Shown: positions 1-13,354 of the stretch, piece by piece
How positions within the stretch are numbered: the stretch's first letter is position 1
Layout of the letters: every line of letters starts with the position of its first letter
Assembly: GCA_951406725.2 (NCBI GenBank)
Contig: OX597835.1
Location: 21,142,001-21,206,000 of the forward strand
Length of the DNA stretch: 64,000 nt
Reading direction: 5' to 3'
Source of the DNA: Octopus vulgaris
Taxonomy: Eukaryota
Notes under the pieces: model-generated
Database searches by the model: none
What the model was told of the DNA's origin: nothing
Seen by the model: the letters and a program-made list of their open reading frames with translations, nothing else
Made by a program: the position numbers and the translations under genes

Positions 1-106
1 TCTCTGTGTGCACGCGCGTATGTGTGTATGCATGTATATATACATGTATGTATATATATATATGTATATATATATATAAGTGTATATATATATATACACA
101 TATATA

Positions 107-139
<33 letters not shown>

Positions 140-214
140 ATGTATATATTGTTTGTATGTAAATATGTATGTGTCTATCTATATATATAGATATTTATAT
201 ACACACATATATAT

Positions 215-293
<79 letters not shown>

Positions 294-298
294 CACAG

Positions 299-329
<31 letters not shown>

Positions 330-334
330 CATAT

Positions 335-404
<70 letters not shown>

Positions 405-420
405 TTATATATATACACAG

Positions 421-453
<33 letters not shown>

Positions 454-467
454 TATATATATATACA

Positions 468-498
<31 letters not shown>

Positions 499-504
499 CA
501 TATG

Positions 505-575
<71 letters not shown>

Positions 576-577
576 TA
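1..577. repeat. Degenerate (TA)n microsatellite block
   Basis: Almost pure TA dinucleotide with scattered TG/CA; the IY-rich ORFs here are artefacts. Confidence 0.97.
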
Positions 578-1259
578 ATGTAGCGTATAATCATGCACTA
601 AAGTATTGGCACATTACTTGTGTAACGCAGGTAGGAAATGTTCACTTCTCAATGAAGTATGCTTCATGTGATTTAAGATATAAGAAGAAGAAAAGAAAGA
701 AAAAAAAACTACAATCATTTGTTAATAATTTTTATTTTTGTCTTTATTTTTATTTGTTCAGTCGACAATAATCAGATTAATGCATATAACACAATATGTG
801 ATGCACTTAACACAGCATAGACTGCACTTATAATTTGCGGTTCTCTGAAGATTCACATTAGATTAGTGGGTAAATATCATTAGAATAGATATTTTCAGAG
901 CATTCGTTGATATCCCTGTTGTTTTGCCCGTTACTGAGCAACATACAAAAATCCAGGTTCGAATTTTGGTTCGGCTTATCTTGTCGTAAATTCAGCTTAA
1001 TCTTTAAGGACATCACAACTGCCACTTGAATGCTGACAAGCTGATCGCTAGCTAAACCATCTAATCCATAACTGCGATGCCCTTAAAACCAAGTCTTATT
1101 TTTGTTCTCTTTCTGCATGCTTTTTCGTCCGTGAGCTTCGTTCCGGTATCATAATGACATGTCTGGGACACAGAAAACGAGTGTGTCTGTTTCAGGCCTC
1201 CTTGTAATTATCCTTTTGCATCCAGGTGCCATTATATTAAACATTTGCGAAGAGTAACC

Positions 1260-2240
1260 ATGCCACGCATAAAAGTTTCAGCAGAACTGTCAGATTTTCA
1301 AAGAGGTTGTATTGTTGGGCAATCTGAGGCTGGTCTTATCCAGTGAAAAATTGTCGAAAATCTTCAAATTCCTCTTGCTACTGTTTATAGAATTATAGTG
1401 CAATTCAAAAGCCAAGGAAAAGAATCAACAGATTCTCGTCCCGGCCGACCTGGGCCCTCGGAAAGGAAGCTCTGCTGTTTGAAGAGAATTGTGGAAGACG
1501 AACCCCGTTCGAATGCTTCTGATATTGCAAAACAGCTAGAAGTTAATCCAAGATTGTGTGTTACATATCTGCATAAGCTTGGGTATTATGGATGAGCAGC
1601 TAGAAGAAAACCTCTCCTTCAACCAATTAATATCATGAAAAGAAAAAAATGGGCCAAGGAGATGTCAGGAAAGTCCAGTTCATTTTGGGATAGAGTGATG
1701 TTCTCAGATGAATCCAGATTTGCATTATTTCCAGACAGTGCACGTGTTTGGGTCTGTGGGCTTCCCAATCAAAAATTTGATTTGAAACGACTCCAACCAA
1801 CAGTGAAACATGGCGGTATCTCTATAATGGTATGGGGAGCTGTCACCAGCAATGGTCGTTCTGAGCTGATCGAATGTGTTGGAATCATAAACTTCTTAAA
1901 AATACATCGAAATACTTAAGCAAAGACTACTTCCGATGTATTCACACGATAACATAACGAAAAATTAGTTTTTATTCATGGAAATGGGGCTCCATGCCAC
2001 ACAGTGAGAAGAAATCAGCAAGGGCTGATTGAAAGTGGGATCAAAACGCTTCCTTGGCCGAGCCAATCTCCTGACATGAACCCGATGGCAAACCTTTGGA
2101 GCATACTAGATAGAGTTATACGAAAAACTCGACAGAGACCTAAATCCAAAGATGAATTGTTTCGATTGTTTCGTGAAAATTGGGCAGAAATTCCACAAGA
2201 GACAATAAAAAAGCTCATCAGTTCAATGCCAAAACTTTTC
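1260..2240 (+). pseudogene. Decayed Tc1/mariner transposase
   Basis: ATG at 1260 gives MPRIKVSAELSDFQRGCIVG (paired-like HTH), [56 protein letters not shown]. There are in-frame stops and frameshifts, and the catalytic E of NPIE is mutated. A possible left TIR lies near 596-613 (cactaaagtattggcaca); no right TIR seen. Confidence 0.93.
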
Positions 2241-2411
2241 TCGCCAACATCCACAATCTCTCCCTCCTCCAGCTGATAGTTTTTTGTACTTTTTCGTGAC
2301 GGAAAATATACATTTTGTGGCAGTTATAACGAAATGGCTTTTCTACATCAGAAGTAATAAGGCGTTTCAATAGAACGTCTTTACCCCCAGGAATTACCGA
2401 GTAAACCAGCT

Positions 2412-2452
<41 letters not shown>

Positions 2453-2549
2453 CGGGAAGGTTTACGAAAATAAACAAAAGTCGAAAGCAGGTGGAGTACA
2501 AACAAACAATTGTATTAGTATGGCGCTCAGGAATAGAAATAAAACAAGT

Positions 2550-2585
2550 CTTTTACGTTTCGAGCCTACGCTCTTCGACAGAAAG
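2550..2585 (-). ncRNA. Minimal type-I hammerhead-like motif (variant core CUGUCGA) in a Penelope-like end fragment (about 2450-2640)
   Basis: Minus strand reads cttt-CTGTCGA-a-gagc-gtag-gctc-GAAA-cg-TA-aaag; stems I and II pair; flanked by (TA)n. Confidence 0.6.
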
Positions 2586-2637
2586 ATACACAGAAAAGAA
2601 ACAAGGAGAGAAAAAAGGAGAGAAAAAATGCGTGTAG

Positions 2638-2725
<88 letters not shown>

Positions 2726-2745
2726 CATATACATATATATGTACT

Positions 2746-3136
2746 AGGTCTGTGGGTAGACCGATCTTACGTTACAAGGATGTTTGCAAAAGGGACATGA
2801 AGGCCTGCAACATCAATATTAGCGGTTGGGAGGAAGTTGCCGGCAACCGTGGAGAATGGTGACGTACCGTAAAAGAGGGAATACAAAGGAGTGACAGAGA
2901 GAGAGAGAGAAATGGAAAGAAAGGAAGAGACGTAAACAAGAGACTATGGCACTACAACCAGCCAGGAACAGTCTTCGCTACATTTGCGGTACCTGCCAGA
3001 GGGAGTGTTTGTCCAGGATAGGACTACACAGCCACAGCAGGAAATGTATCAGGACATGAAATATAAAAGCCGGACTAGACTACTTCATGCGCAACTCCAT
3101 TGTCTCCCGAGACAGAAAGGATGCCAATACAATACA

Positions 3137-3140
<4 letters not shown>
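2746..3140 (+). mobile_element. 3' fragment of RTE-clade LINE
   Basis: Translates [29 protein letters not shown] and a C-terminal CGTCQRECLSRIGLHSHSRKC zinc finger; short 3' UTR ending in (caata)n. Confidence 0.85.
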
Positions 3141-3184
<44 letters not shown>

Positions 3185-3188
<4 letters not shown>

Positions 3189-3842
3189 CTAATGTAGGAT
3201 AAAATTTTTTTCGAAAAAAAAATGTTATCAATGGCCGGCATATCAAAAAATACCTTTAAAGGTTAAATTTATCGGCAAGTTTCGAGGCGCACGATTTATA
3301 ATGGTTATTGTCAATTTTGTCTTTTTTTCGGCATATTTGGCATTAGAATTTTTCTCCTGCCCTTATTTTATAAGTTATTTATAAATTTAACCTTTAAAGG
3401 TATTTTTTGATATGCTGGCCATTGATAAAATCTTTTTTCGAAAAAATTTTATCCTACATTAGTTATAAATTTAATAGTGTTCACTTCCGGATTCTCTCAC
3501 TCTATGAAAGTTTCTAGATCGAATCACACGTGTCTCGTGATGTGCTAAAGGTTTTCTATTTTGGATATATTTGGGGTACTTAGGTCTGCTCAGGACTTAG
3601 TGCTTGCTTTTTCCATGGGTATGAGTAAGTATTTCATTTATGTCTTACGTATTTATCGCTGACGAGGGGAAAATTATTATGAATTAACCCCGAAATTGGG
3701 ACCAATGCGGTAATAACAGAATTTTTAGAAATTGCTATCGGCATGTTTCGAGGCGCATAAATTATAATGGTTATTGACAATTTTGTCTTTTTTTCGGCAT
3801 ATTTGGCATTAGAATTTTTCTCTTGCCCTTATTTTATAATTT
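3185..3842 (+). mobile_element. Penelope/retrozyme-like non-coding element with 5' inversion and terminal direct repeat
   Basis: 3185-3272 is the inverted copy of 3381-3467; 3270-3373 is directly repeated at 3736-3839 (period 466); contains a hammerhead; flanked by (TA)n. Confidence 0.7.
3653..3713 (+). ncRNA. Type-I hammerhead ribozyme motif
   Basis: ttatcg-CTGACGA-gggg...cccc-GAAA-ttgg-ga-ccaa-TG-cggtaa; all three stems pair; the cleavage triplet reads AUG, probably mutated. Confidence 0.75.
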
Positions 3843-4050
3843 ATATATATATACATATACACTTTATTTTAAAATTTTGTATTTGCTTTGTGAAGTTCTT
3901 GATATGAATTCGTGTGTTGACACAAACTTTGTGTCTCGGTAGAGTCCCTTTGCCAATAATAATGTCATGCACTAGTTCAGTTCCACGTCTATATTGTTAG
4001 CCAGTTGGCTGAATATATAACCAACTACCTACTCAATCGGTTAGTCAAAG

Positions 4051-4281
4051 GCGGCGAGCTGGCAGAAACTTTAGCACGCCGGGCGAAATGCGTAGCCGTA
4101 TTTCGTCTGCCGCTACGTTCTGAGTTCAAATTCCACCGAGGTCGACTTTGCCTTTCATCCTTTCGGGATCGATAAATTAAGTACCAGTTACGCACTGGGG
4201 GCGATATAATCGACTTAATCCATTTGTCTGTCCTTGTTTGTCCCCTTCTGTGTTTAGCCCCTTGTGGGTAGTAAAGAAATA
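4051..4281 (+). mobile_element. tRNA-derived SINE family A (ggcgagctggcagaaacgttagc...gcctttcatcctttcggggtcgataaa...aaagaaatagg), full monomer
   Basis: Pol III A/B-box-like head (tggcagaaac, gagttcaaattc); many copies in the window; 12-bp TSD ggttagtcaaag at 4039-4050 and 4282-4293. Confidence 0.9.
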
Positions 4282-4624
4282 GGTTAGTCAAAGTCCCTCT
4301 GTCGCTGTTCTCGACCTTTCCACTGACTTAGTAACTTCCATTATCTCTCCAGAATCTGCTCTGCACTCACTCACACACACACACACACAAACACACATGC
4401 TATATACGCTTAACTTTGTGAAGTGGTATGTTGGGTTTCTCTTGATTACCTCAAAATTTAACTTAACTTTTGAATAATTAGGATTCCATAGAACACGTAT
4501 CAGGATATAACTAGTATTGTTATGAAATAATAAAAAAAAAACTTTTGAAATCGGTGCCCCAGCATGGCTTCAGTCCAAAAGTGAAACAATAAAGAAATAA
4601 ATGTATATTTCAAAAATTAATAAA

Positions 4625-4992
4625 TCAGTTGTGGTTGTGGGGTAAAAATCTTGCTTCCTAACCGCATGCTTCTAATTTCAGTCACATTGCTTGATACCTT
4701 AAATAAATGCCTTCTACTATAGCCTCGGGCAGACCAAAGCATTGTGAACGGATTTGGTAGACGGAAACTGGAAGAAACCCGTCTCATATTTATATATATC
4801 TTTACTCTTTTACCTGTTTCAATTATTTAATTGCGGCCATGCTGGAGCACCGCCTTTAGTCGAGCAAATCGACCCCAGGACTTTTTCTTTGTAAGCCTAG
4901 TACTTATTCTATCGGTGTCTTTTGCCGAACCGCTAGGTTTCAGGGACGTAAACACACCAGCTTCGGTTGTCAAGCGATGTTGGGGGGGACAA

Positions 4993-5030
<38 letters not shown>

Positions 5031-5100
5031 GTATTTATTTTATTTTATTTGATTTTATCTAGTTTCAGCTCACGAGCTGTGGCCATGCTGGGGCACCGCC

Positions 5101-5143
<43 letters not shown>

Positions 5144-5309
5144 TATACGACGGGCTTCTTTCAGTTTCCGTCTACCAAATCCACTCACAAGGCTTTGGTC
5201 GGTCTGAGGCAATAGTAGAAGACACTTGCCCAAGGTGCCACGCAGTGCACTGAACCCGGAACCATGTGGTTGGTAAGCAAGCTACTTAACACACAGCCAC
5301 TCCTGCGCC

Positions 5310-5370
<61 letters not shown>

Positions 5371-5587
5371 ATCTGTGTTAGTCCGCCACCGCCGCTTGAC
5401 AAACGGTGTTGGAATGTTTACGTCCCTGTAAATTAGCGGTTCAGCAAAAGTGAATGAGAGAATAAATACCAGATTTAGAAAAATAAAATTAGTACTGGGG
5501 TAGATTCATTCGTCTAAAAAGTTCTTGAAAGCGGAGCCCCAGCATGGCCGCAACCTCATGACTGCAGCAAGTAAAAGAATAAAAGAA
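4625..5587 (+). mobile_element. Older SINE family B copy split by a nested younger copy
   Basis: Head at 4625-4790 and body/tail at 5350-5587 flank the minus-strand copy at 4800-5310. Confidence 0.75.
4800..5310 (-). mobile_element. tRNA-derived SINE family B (ggcgcaggagtggctgtgtggtaag...internal TA/TG microsatellite...gactgaaacaagtaaaagag)
   Basis: A/B boxes tggctgtgtggtaa and gggttcagtcc; near-identical copies at 12800, 30960, 32548, 43336 and 44878. Confidence 0.9.
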
Positions 5588-6318
5588 TTTTATCCAAAAA
5601 GAACAAAAATGGAATTAGGAGGTACTCTATGGCGATCGCTATCTCCAAATTCCAAATGACAACAGAAGCATTATCGGAAATTTCTATTTTTACTTTTGGG
5701 CTTTTGTGAAGATTAAGTCCAAGCATAAACTGCATCTAGAAATAGAAGCAAACGTCGTTAGAAGGAACTAGATGAAGAATTTACTGACATTTTCATTTAT
5801 CCTTTACTTTGCTTCCATCCAATATTCAGAGAATCTCTTTCGAAATACTCTTCCAGAGATCTAATGCACCATTGTATATCTACAATTCTGAGACCCGATT
5901 ATCTAAGAAGTTTGCGTTGTAGAATGAAATTGTGATGGAAATAAGTAAAAGACTATGTTTCTTTCTTATATTGAAATTGTGACTGTTTCTCAGAATAACA
6001 AACTCCGGTTTAAAGAATTTCGGATCACACTTTCAGTTTGCATCTTAGAGAAAGTTATTTCAAGTTGCTAATACAGAGTTTTCTAAAAATTTCTTTGGAA
6101 GCTTCTTAAATGATTTCTTTTTGGATTTAACCCCGACATCATCGGAAACTGTCAACCAACGTCTATACCATCACTACCGACAACACTACAGTGGCCATCA
6201 CTAAGAATATAAGCATACTGGAGTTACTTCAGCTAGCATCACCACCACATCCATTAGACCGACCAGCACCAGAACAACAAGAACTCCCACCATCACCATC
6301 TTCAACAATTATTATAAA

Positions 6319-6712
6319 CTAGCAGTATCGCCCGGCGTTGCTCGGATTTGTAAGGGAAATAACTATATAAGCATTTTTAGTGATGTAAAGTATAATAGCC
6401 ATCTCAATATGGCTAACCACAAAGGAGGGTGTTACTGTAGCTTTTTACGTTCTGAGATTTAATAATACATTTTTAGAGAGTTATTTCCCTTATATATGCC
6501 AAAAATGCATTAAAAATGGGAAAAAATGATGGTAATTTTTTTTTTAATCGTAGACTCATCGTAGACGCGCGCTAATACCCAGAAGGGCTCGATATGAATC
6601 ACGACTATAAGATACCCGGTTTTGGTTAAACTGCACCGCAAAATGTGGGAGTAGTTATGAATCTAAATCGTAGGAGACAGACAGCACACAACCTCACTTT
6701 TATATATATAGA
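6319..6712 (-). mobile_element. Non-autonomous Helitron
   Basis: On the minus strand it starts TC(tatatatataaaag), ends with hairpin ccgagcaacgccggg then CTAG, and lies between A and T with no TSD. Confidence 0.8.
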
Positions 6713-6889
6713 TACCATCTCCACCACTGCAATTCGAACCTGGACAATCATTACTGGCGGCATACGTGCCACGCTCTCTCCACCACCACGCCACCGCCAA
6801 CTGCGACAACGTTTCGAATAGTATCACCAACCCCCGTACAACAACTACAACACTCCGGCCTCACTAGCTTCAATACCAGCAGCGCAAAC

Positions 6890-8290
6890 ATTACCACTGC
6901 TACCATCACAACCACCACCAAAACTACTATAACCAGTACTATCAAGAAGGTGACGACGACTACCACCAAGATCAGCACCACTACCGTCGTGATGACGACG
7001 ACGACGACGACGATGACGACCTCTACTACCACCACGATCACCAGCACTACCACCACCACCACTACCACGATGAAAACGACACCGCCGCCGACGACCGCCA
7101 CCACCATAACCACCATGACCTCCACCATCACCGCCACCATGAGAACCACCATTACTACCACTCGACGACGACGACCACACCACTGCCACCACCATAATCA
7201 CCACCACTACAACCACCACCACTACCACCACCATAATCGCCGCCGCCACCACCACCACGACTACCACCATAATAATAATCAACATCATCACCACCACTAC
7301 ACCACCATAATTACCACCACCAGCAACACCACCTCCACTACCACTACCATCGCCTCCATTACCACTACCATAAACACCACCAGCATCACCAGCCCCACCA
7401 CCCCCAGCATCACCACCAACATGATCACCACGAACACCACCACTACTACCACCACGACCACCACCATAATCATCATCAATACAACCACCACCACTACCAT
7501 CACCATAATCGCCGCCGCCACCACCACCACCACCACCACCATAATCATCACCACCAGCATCACCACCACCATAACCATAATTTCCACCACCAACACCTCC
7601 ACTACCACCACCATAATCACCACCAGCATCACCACCACCACCACCACCACCACCACCACCATAACCATCACCACCACTTCAATAATATCGTCAACGTCAT
7701 TGTCGTTTCCATCAGCATCATCGCAGCCATAGATGTTGTAGTATTCTTCTTGTCATCGTTGTCGTCTTTTCTCCTTCCCCTCCGCTTCCACTTTCATCTT
7801 CTTCAGTTGATAATGGTAGAACTCATCGTTCTACTCTCGTGTGTTGGTTGTTCAGGCGGTGGTGGTGGTGGTGGTGGCGGAGCGTTTTCCGCTGTTGTTA
7901 TTTGTTGTTGCTGTTGTTCTTGGTGGTGGTGGTGATGATGATGATGGTGGTGGTGGTGGTGGTGGTGGTGGTGGTGGTGGTGGTGGTGGTGGTTATGGTG
8001 GTGGTGGTGGTGGTGGTGGTGGTTTTGGTGGTGGTGGTGGTGGTGATGATGATGGTAGTGGTGGTGGTGGTGGTGGTGATTTTGGTGGTGGTGGTGGTGG
8101 TGGTGGTGGTGATGATGATGGTGGTGGTGGTGGTGGTGGTGGTGGTGGTAGTTGTGGTGGCGGTGGTGGTGGTGGTGGTGGTGGTGGTGGTGGTGGTGGT
8201 GGTGGTGGTGGTGGTGGTGGTGGTGGTGGTGGTGGTGGTGGTGGTGGTGATGGTGATAATTGATGGTGGTTGTGATGTGTTGGTTGTGGT
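6890..8290. repeat. Low-complexity (CAC/ACC)n block followed by a (GGT)n block
   Basis: Trinucleotide repeats producing the poly-T/H/V/G ORFs. Confidence 0.95.
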
Positions 8291-8803
8291 GTAATTGGAA
8301 GTGTTGACTCGGGATAAAATCAATCATTATCCGTTGTTTGAACAGCAGCATCCATCGTTGACAATTTCTTCCGCCTACCCGATCCCCTACCGAACCACCC
8401 ACCACCAGTTTCACTCCTACAATTCCTCCTCCTCCTTTCCTTCGCCTCCTTCTTCTCTTTCATCACTATGACACACCGACATCCTGTTTTCAACATCGAA
8501 TTTACATTGGCACAACACTTCAACACACAAGAAATATGCTGACCGTGGAGAGCAAATTAGAGAGAGAGACATCAATAATGTATTAGAGAGAAAGAAAGAA
8601 TCACAGCCACGTAAAGAGAAAGATAGAATTAAATAGAGAGACGGAGAGGGGGAGAGAGGGAGAGAGCGAGAGAGAGAGAATTCAAGATAAAAAGAGTAAC
8701 TCTGTATAACCTAAAATAATTTGTCCCTTGCATTTTAGTTTATATTCTACATTATCCAGTTGTAATATTTCTTCTAACTTTGTACAGGGGTCCGGGGTCC
8801 CTG

Positions 8804-8843
<40 letters not shown>

Positions 8844-9052
8844 AATATCGACAATGAGAAAGAGCGCTCAACATCGCAATTGGTGAATAAGATTTCTTAA
8901 TTTATGTCTTAAGGCTACCATTGGCTTCATGCTAAGGGTAGTCACTCTACAATTATCTATTCTATCGAGTGGAACATCAGTGCTCCTCTCCATTTTGGAT
9001 TCAAACAAACAAATAACCACATACACACACACACACGTGCGTGCTCACACAT

Positions 9053-9105
<53 letters not shown>

Positions 9106-9234
9106 TATATGTGTGTGTGTGTGTGTGTCTTTGGAGATGCATGTGTGTGTATACACTTTTGATGGGAACCCAATATAGTTGAAAATCGATTAGGGCTGTT
9201 CATGTTTTTCAATCTACGGAGAAATCGTTAAAAT

Positions 9235-9652
9235 TGCGTGGCTGTGTGGTAAGAAGCTTGCTTTCCAACAACATGGTTCCGGTTTCAGTCCCACTGCGTG
9301 GCACCTAGGGCATGTACCTTCTGCTATAGCCACGGGCCAATCAAAGCTTTGTGAGTGGATTTAGTAAACGGAAACTGAAAAAATCCCATCGTACACACAC
9401 ACACACATATAGGTATATATTCATGTGTGTTTTTGTGTTTGCCCCCCTCCTACACCATCGCTTCAAAACCCATGCCAGTGTGTTTACATCCCTGTAACTT
9501 AACAGAAGTTCGGCAACAGAGACCGATAGAATAAGTACTAGGCTTACAAAGAATAAGTCCTGGGATCGATTTCCACGACTAACTAACTCTTTGGGGCGGT
9601 TCTCTATCGCAGCCACAGTCAAATAACTGGAGCAACTAAATGACTAAAAGAA
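9235..9652 (+). mobile_element. SINE family B, diverged
   Basis: gtggctgtgtggtaagaagcttg head, gagaccgatagaataagtact body and tail. Confidence 0.85.
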
Positions 9653-9905
9653 TACAATTATACTGTATGGAGTGATATCTCCTGTTGACAGGCGTCCGAT
9701 ATCAAATAAAGTGTTTAACACTTACGGTACACAAATTAGTTGCTCAAGTTCTCTAGAGCTACTGGATTTGTTCATTATATATAAATACTGGCTGTTTGTT
9801 TCTCTGAGATTAGTTAAACTGATATAGACAGATTCTGATGAGGACCTAATTAAGTTCTGTGTGTATATCTACCACACACTTTTCTTATATATGTGCATGT
9901 ATGTT

Positions 9906-9963
<58 letters not shown>

Positions 9964-9966
<3 letters not shown>

Positions 9967-10301
9967 GTTTAAATATTTGTTGTGCAAGATTTTTTATGTG
10001 AAGTGGTGTGTTGAAACAGATATTGTTATATTTCGGAATGGTCATATTGCCAGTTTAGCCAATAAAATGAAGACATACAATAGAAATACAAAATGGCTGA
10101 CGGTTAGTAAGCAGAGACACAAATAAGTGAGAACAAAACAAAGGACCACTGATGCGGTCACAGGAGTGTGACGAAAGAACTTTGGCCGAAATAAGATTAA
10201 GATTAATGTAAAAAATAAATATCACTGAAGCAAAATAACACCAAATGTATAGTGCGTGTGTTTTTATTGGCTAAACTGGCAATATGACCATTCCGAAATA
10301 T

Positions 10302-10310
<9 letters not shown>
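9964..10310. mobile_element. Short inverted-repeat copy of the hammerhead-bearing palindromic element at 24643-26343
   Basis: 10018-10067 is inverted with 10261-10310; the sequence is near-identical to 24643-24745 and 26098-26343; hammerhead-like motif at 10143-10187; (TA)n flanks. Confidence 0.85.
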
Positions 10311-10367
<57 letters not shown>

Positions 10368-10422
10368 CTATATATGTATAAGTTAGGAATAATATTCCCT
10401 CAAATGATTATTTATAGATATA

Positions 10423-11116
10423 ATAGCAGAGATACCCGGCGTTGCCCGGTTACATTCATTTGAAGAATTAGACTTTTCTGTTATATATTCTGTAATGAAC
10501 TGCAATATCTATGTTTCGAATTTCATCAAAAATGCAGATGAGCGTTTTCCTAACGATGAACCAACAAATGTGATTACAATAGTCAAACAGTAATAATAAT
10601 AACAACAAACCTTTTTAATTTATCCCCATTTATGTGAAACCACTTATTCCAGTTCAAGTCATTGATGCAAATTTATACAAATTGCTAATACACACACATA
10701 CACACATAATAAGGGTGAAAAATTGAATATTAATTTGATTAATATGAATTGAAAACCAGTGGTGTAGCATATAAGGCCATAGCGGATCTTCTAGCAAAAT
10801 GGATGACCACTGTCAATGGTTCACCCCTGTTATATAATACTTTCACTTTAATAGTTTCAGTATTAAAGTGAATGTCTGCATTAAAATAGAGAGATGTTTT
10901 TTGTTTCACTTTTAACACGTAATACTGAAATAGTGGAGAAGATATGATATTACTGTGGGGTTGCCTTAGGGAAAAAGTTAAAATTTTTTCGCCGATGACA
11001 CTCCGCGGACCTTAAGTAAGGCATGTGTAAAATTTTAATGAAATTGGTTGTGTAGTTCTCAAGTTTTAAGGAAACACACTGACAGACAGACACACATTCT
11101 CAGTTTTATATATAGA
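10423..11116 (-). mobile_element. Non-autonomous Helitron
   Basis: Minus-strand 5' TCtatatataaaa end with (CTGT)n; 3' hairpin ccgggcaacgccggg with a degenerate CTAG (ctat). Confidence 0.7.
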
Positions 11117-11963
11117 GAGATATATAGACCAGATTAATTGAGTCTGCAGTTCATTTTATTACGTAATTCTACAATTGCTTCGTCGATATTTTATCAGAAG
11201 AATTTTGCAACGGTTTTATCATATAATATATGTGACAGCACATTAAGACAGTGTTATAGTGAGACCGAATAAAAGAAACAAAAGAACTGTCAACTCATCA
11301 GGTTTATGTACAAAATCCATATGCTAAATGAATTGGTATTTTCATGAATATATATATATATATATATATACATATATATGTCGTCCAGGATATTCTTATC
11401 ACTTCATTTGCATATCATAGTTAAAGCAAAAAAAACAAAACAAATACGAATAAATATAAATCACAAATTCAAATTAGCCGGTCAAAATCTAGGATGAATC
11501 GAAGAGAACAAAAGAATAAATAAAAGGGAAAATAAATAAATGAACACATAAATTATAGAAAGTATAAGATAATAGATATTTTGTCTCCAGAACCATGCGT
11601 CTATTAGCAGCCGGCGTCTGAAAGTAACGTCATTAAAATTGGCTGGACGCACAATTTAGTATTTACTATGTAATTTGATGTCGCTCTGCTTTATCTAGAG
11701 TTAATGGTCAAAGATTTTCGCCAATATTCAGTTAATTGTAAAATGGTAGCATTACAATTTATCATACCCTTTCCACTCTGTTAGACATACAGACACAGAC
11801 ATAGACGTATCTTTTTTTTTTTTTAATTTTTATTTTATTCTAGGCAGATAAAAACTGAATTATTTCTTTTTGTTAAAATGAGTTTCTTCTGTTAAAGGTA
11901 AAGAAATAAATCAGGACATTAAAAAATTTTTTTTTAATGTTCTGCGAAACCAAAAGTTAACTC

Positions 11964-12011
<48 letters not shown>

Positions 12012-12102
12012 TGAGTGTGTAAATATAAATATATATATATATATACATATATATACATATATATGCATATATATACATATATACACATACACACACATAC
12101 AA

Positions 12103-12145
<43 letters not shown>

Positions 12146-12182
12146 TACACACACATACAAGTACATATATATATATATATAT

Positions 12183-12223
<41 letters not shown>

Positions 12224-12269
12224 CACACACACACACATATGCAATACTACTACTACTACTAATATTCAA

Positions 12270-12790
12270 CTCTTTGCGACTTGAAAGACGGTCTAAAGAA
12301 GCGGATGTATATCTTAAGTACTCATATTATTCTTCCTGCCGCTTCTCTCATGGCCGATCCTTCCTATGTTTAATGAGCAATTTCTGCTGCAATTTCTGCA
12401 AGCAAGGAAGGTGCTGCAGGTCTACAGTGGGTTGTCTTTCTGTCTTTGGCGTTCTGCTTCGAGGAAGTTTAATCTGTCTAGAGGCCATCTGTCTTATGTC
12501 AGACAAATTTGAAATGATTGATAGGTGATAGCCACTGTCATCTTTGGTCAAGTCCTCTTCTACTATTTCTGGGACCTTCTAAAATAGAGACTGGGGATGA
12601 AGAGGGGAGTATTACATCCAGCAATTTTTTTGAAAGGTGAATGAGTGAGACAAGCATGTACCCAGTGAATAAGCATAGTTGAAGACGGTGTTTTTAGATC
12701 AAAGCAGCGAGGGATCATCCCAGGTTGCCAGCATAACCTAACTTTCCATGGGATTTCCACGAGTAGCCCTTGAATATTTCTCCAATTAAC
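12270..12790 (-). mobile_element. Highly decayed RTE-like LINE 3' fragment
   Basis: Minus strand ACRNCSRNCSLNIGRIGHERS resembles the RTE C-terminal zinc finger in the fragments at 2746-3140 and 23046-23300. Confidence 0.45.
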
Positions 12791-12799
12791 ATTATCTTT

Positions 12800-13211
12800 C
12801 ACTCTTTTACTCCTTTACTTGTTTCCGTCATTTGACTGCGGCCATGCTGGAGCACCGTCTTTCGTCGAGCAAATCGACCCCGAGACTTATTCTTTGTAAG
12901 CCCAGTACTTATTCTATCGGTCTCTTTTTGCCGAACCGCTAAGTGACGGGGACGTAAGCACACCAGCATCGGTTGTCAAGCAATGCCAGGGGGACAAACA
13001 CAGACACACAAACACACACACACACATATATATATATACATATATACGACAGGCTTCTTTCAGTTTCCGTCTACCAAATCCACTCACAAGGCTTTGGTCA
13101 GCCCGGGGCTATAGCAGAAGACACTTGCCCAAGATGCCGCGCAGTGGCACTGAACCCGCAACCATGTGGTTGGTTAGCACGCTACTTACCACACAGCCAC
13201 TCCTGCGCCTA
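12800..13211 (-). mobile_element. SINE family B, full length
   Basis: Complete head, internal microsatellite and gagtaaaagag tail. Confidence 0.9.
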
Positions 13212-13354
13212 TCATTGTCTAAAATTTTGTTGTTACTCCATTGTTCTTGTAAACCTTTGACAACTCTTCAAACCCCTTCAGTCGTTTTCTCTTTTGAACC
13301 AATAACGATTGTACCATTTCTCTACGCCTTGAAACCAATGAAGCGACATTTCTT

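Noticed and set aside
6950-7732. 260-aa Thr/His-rich mucin-like ORF
   Set aside because: Translation of a degenerate CAC repeat; open in several frames on both strands, with no unique domain or splice evidence.
9835-9860. CTGATGA-ggac...gttc half hammerhead
   Set aside because: GAAA and stem III are absent; at most a deleted relic.
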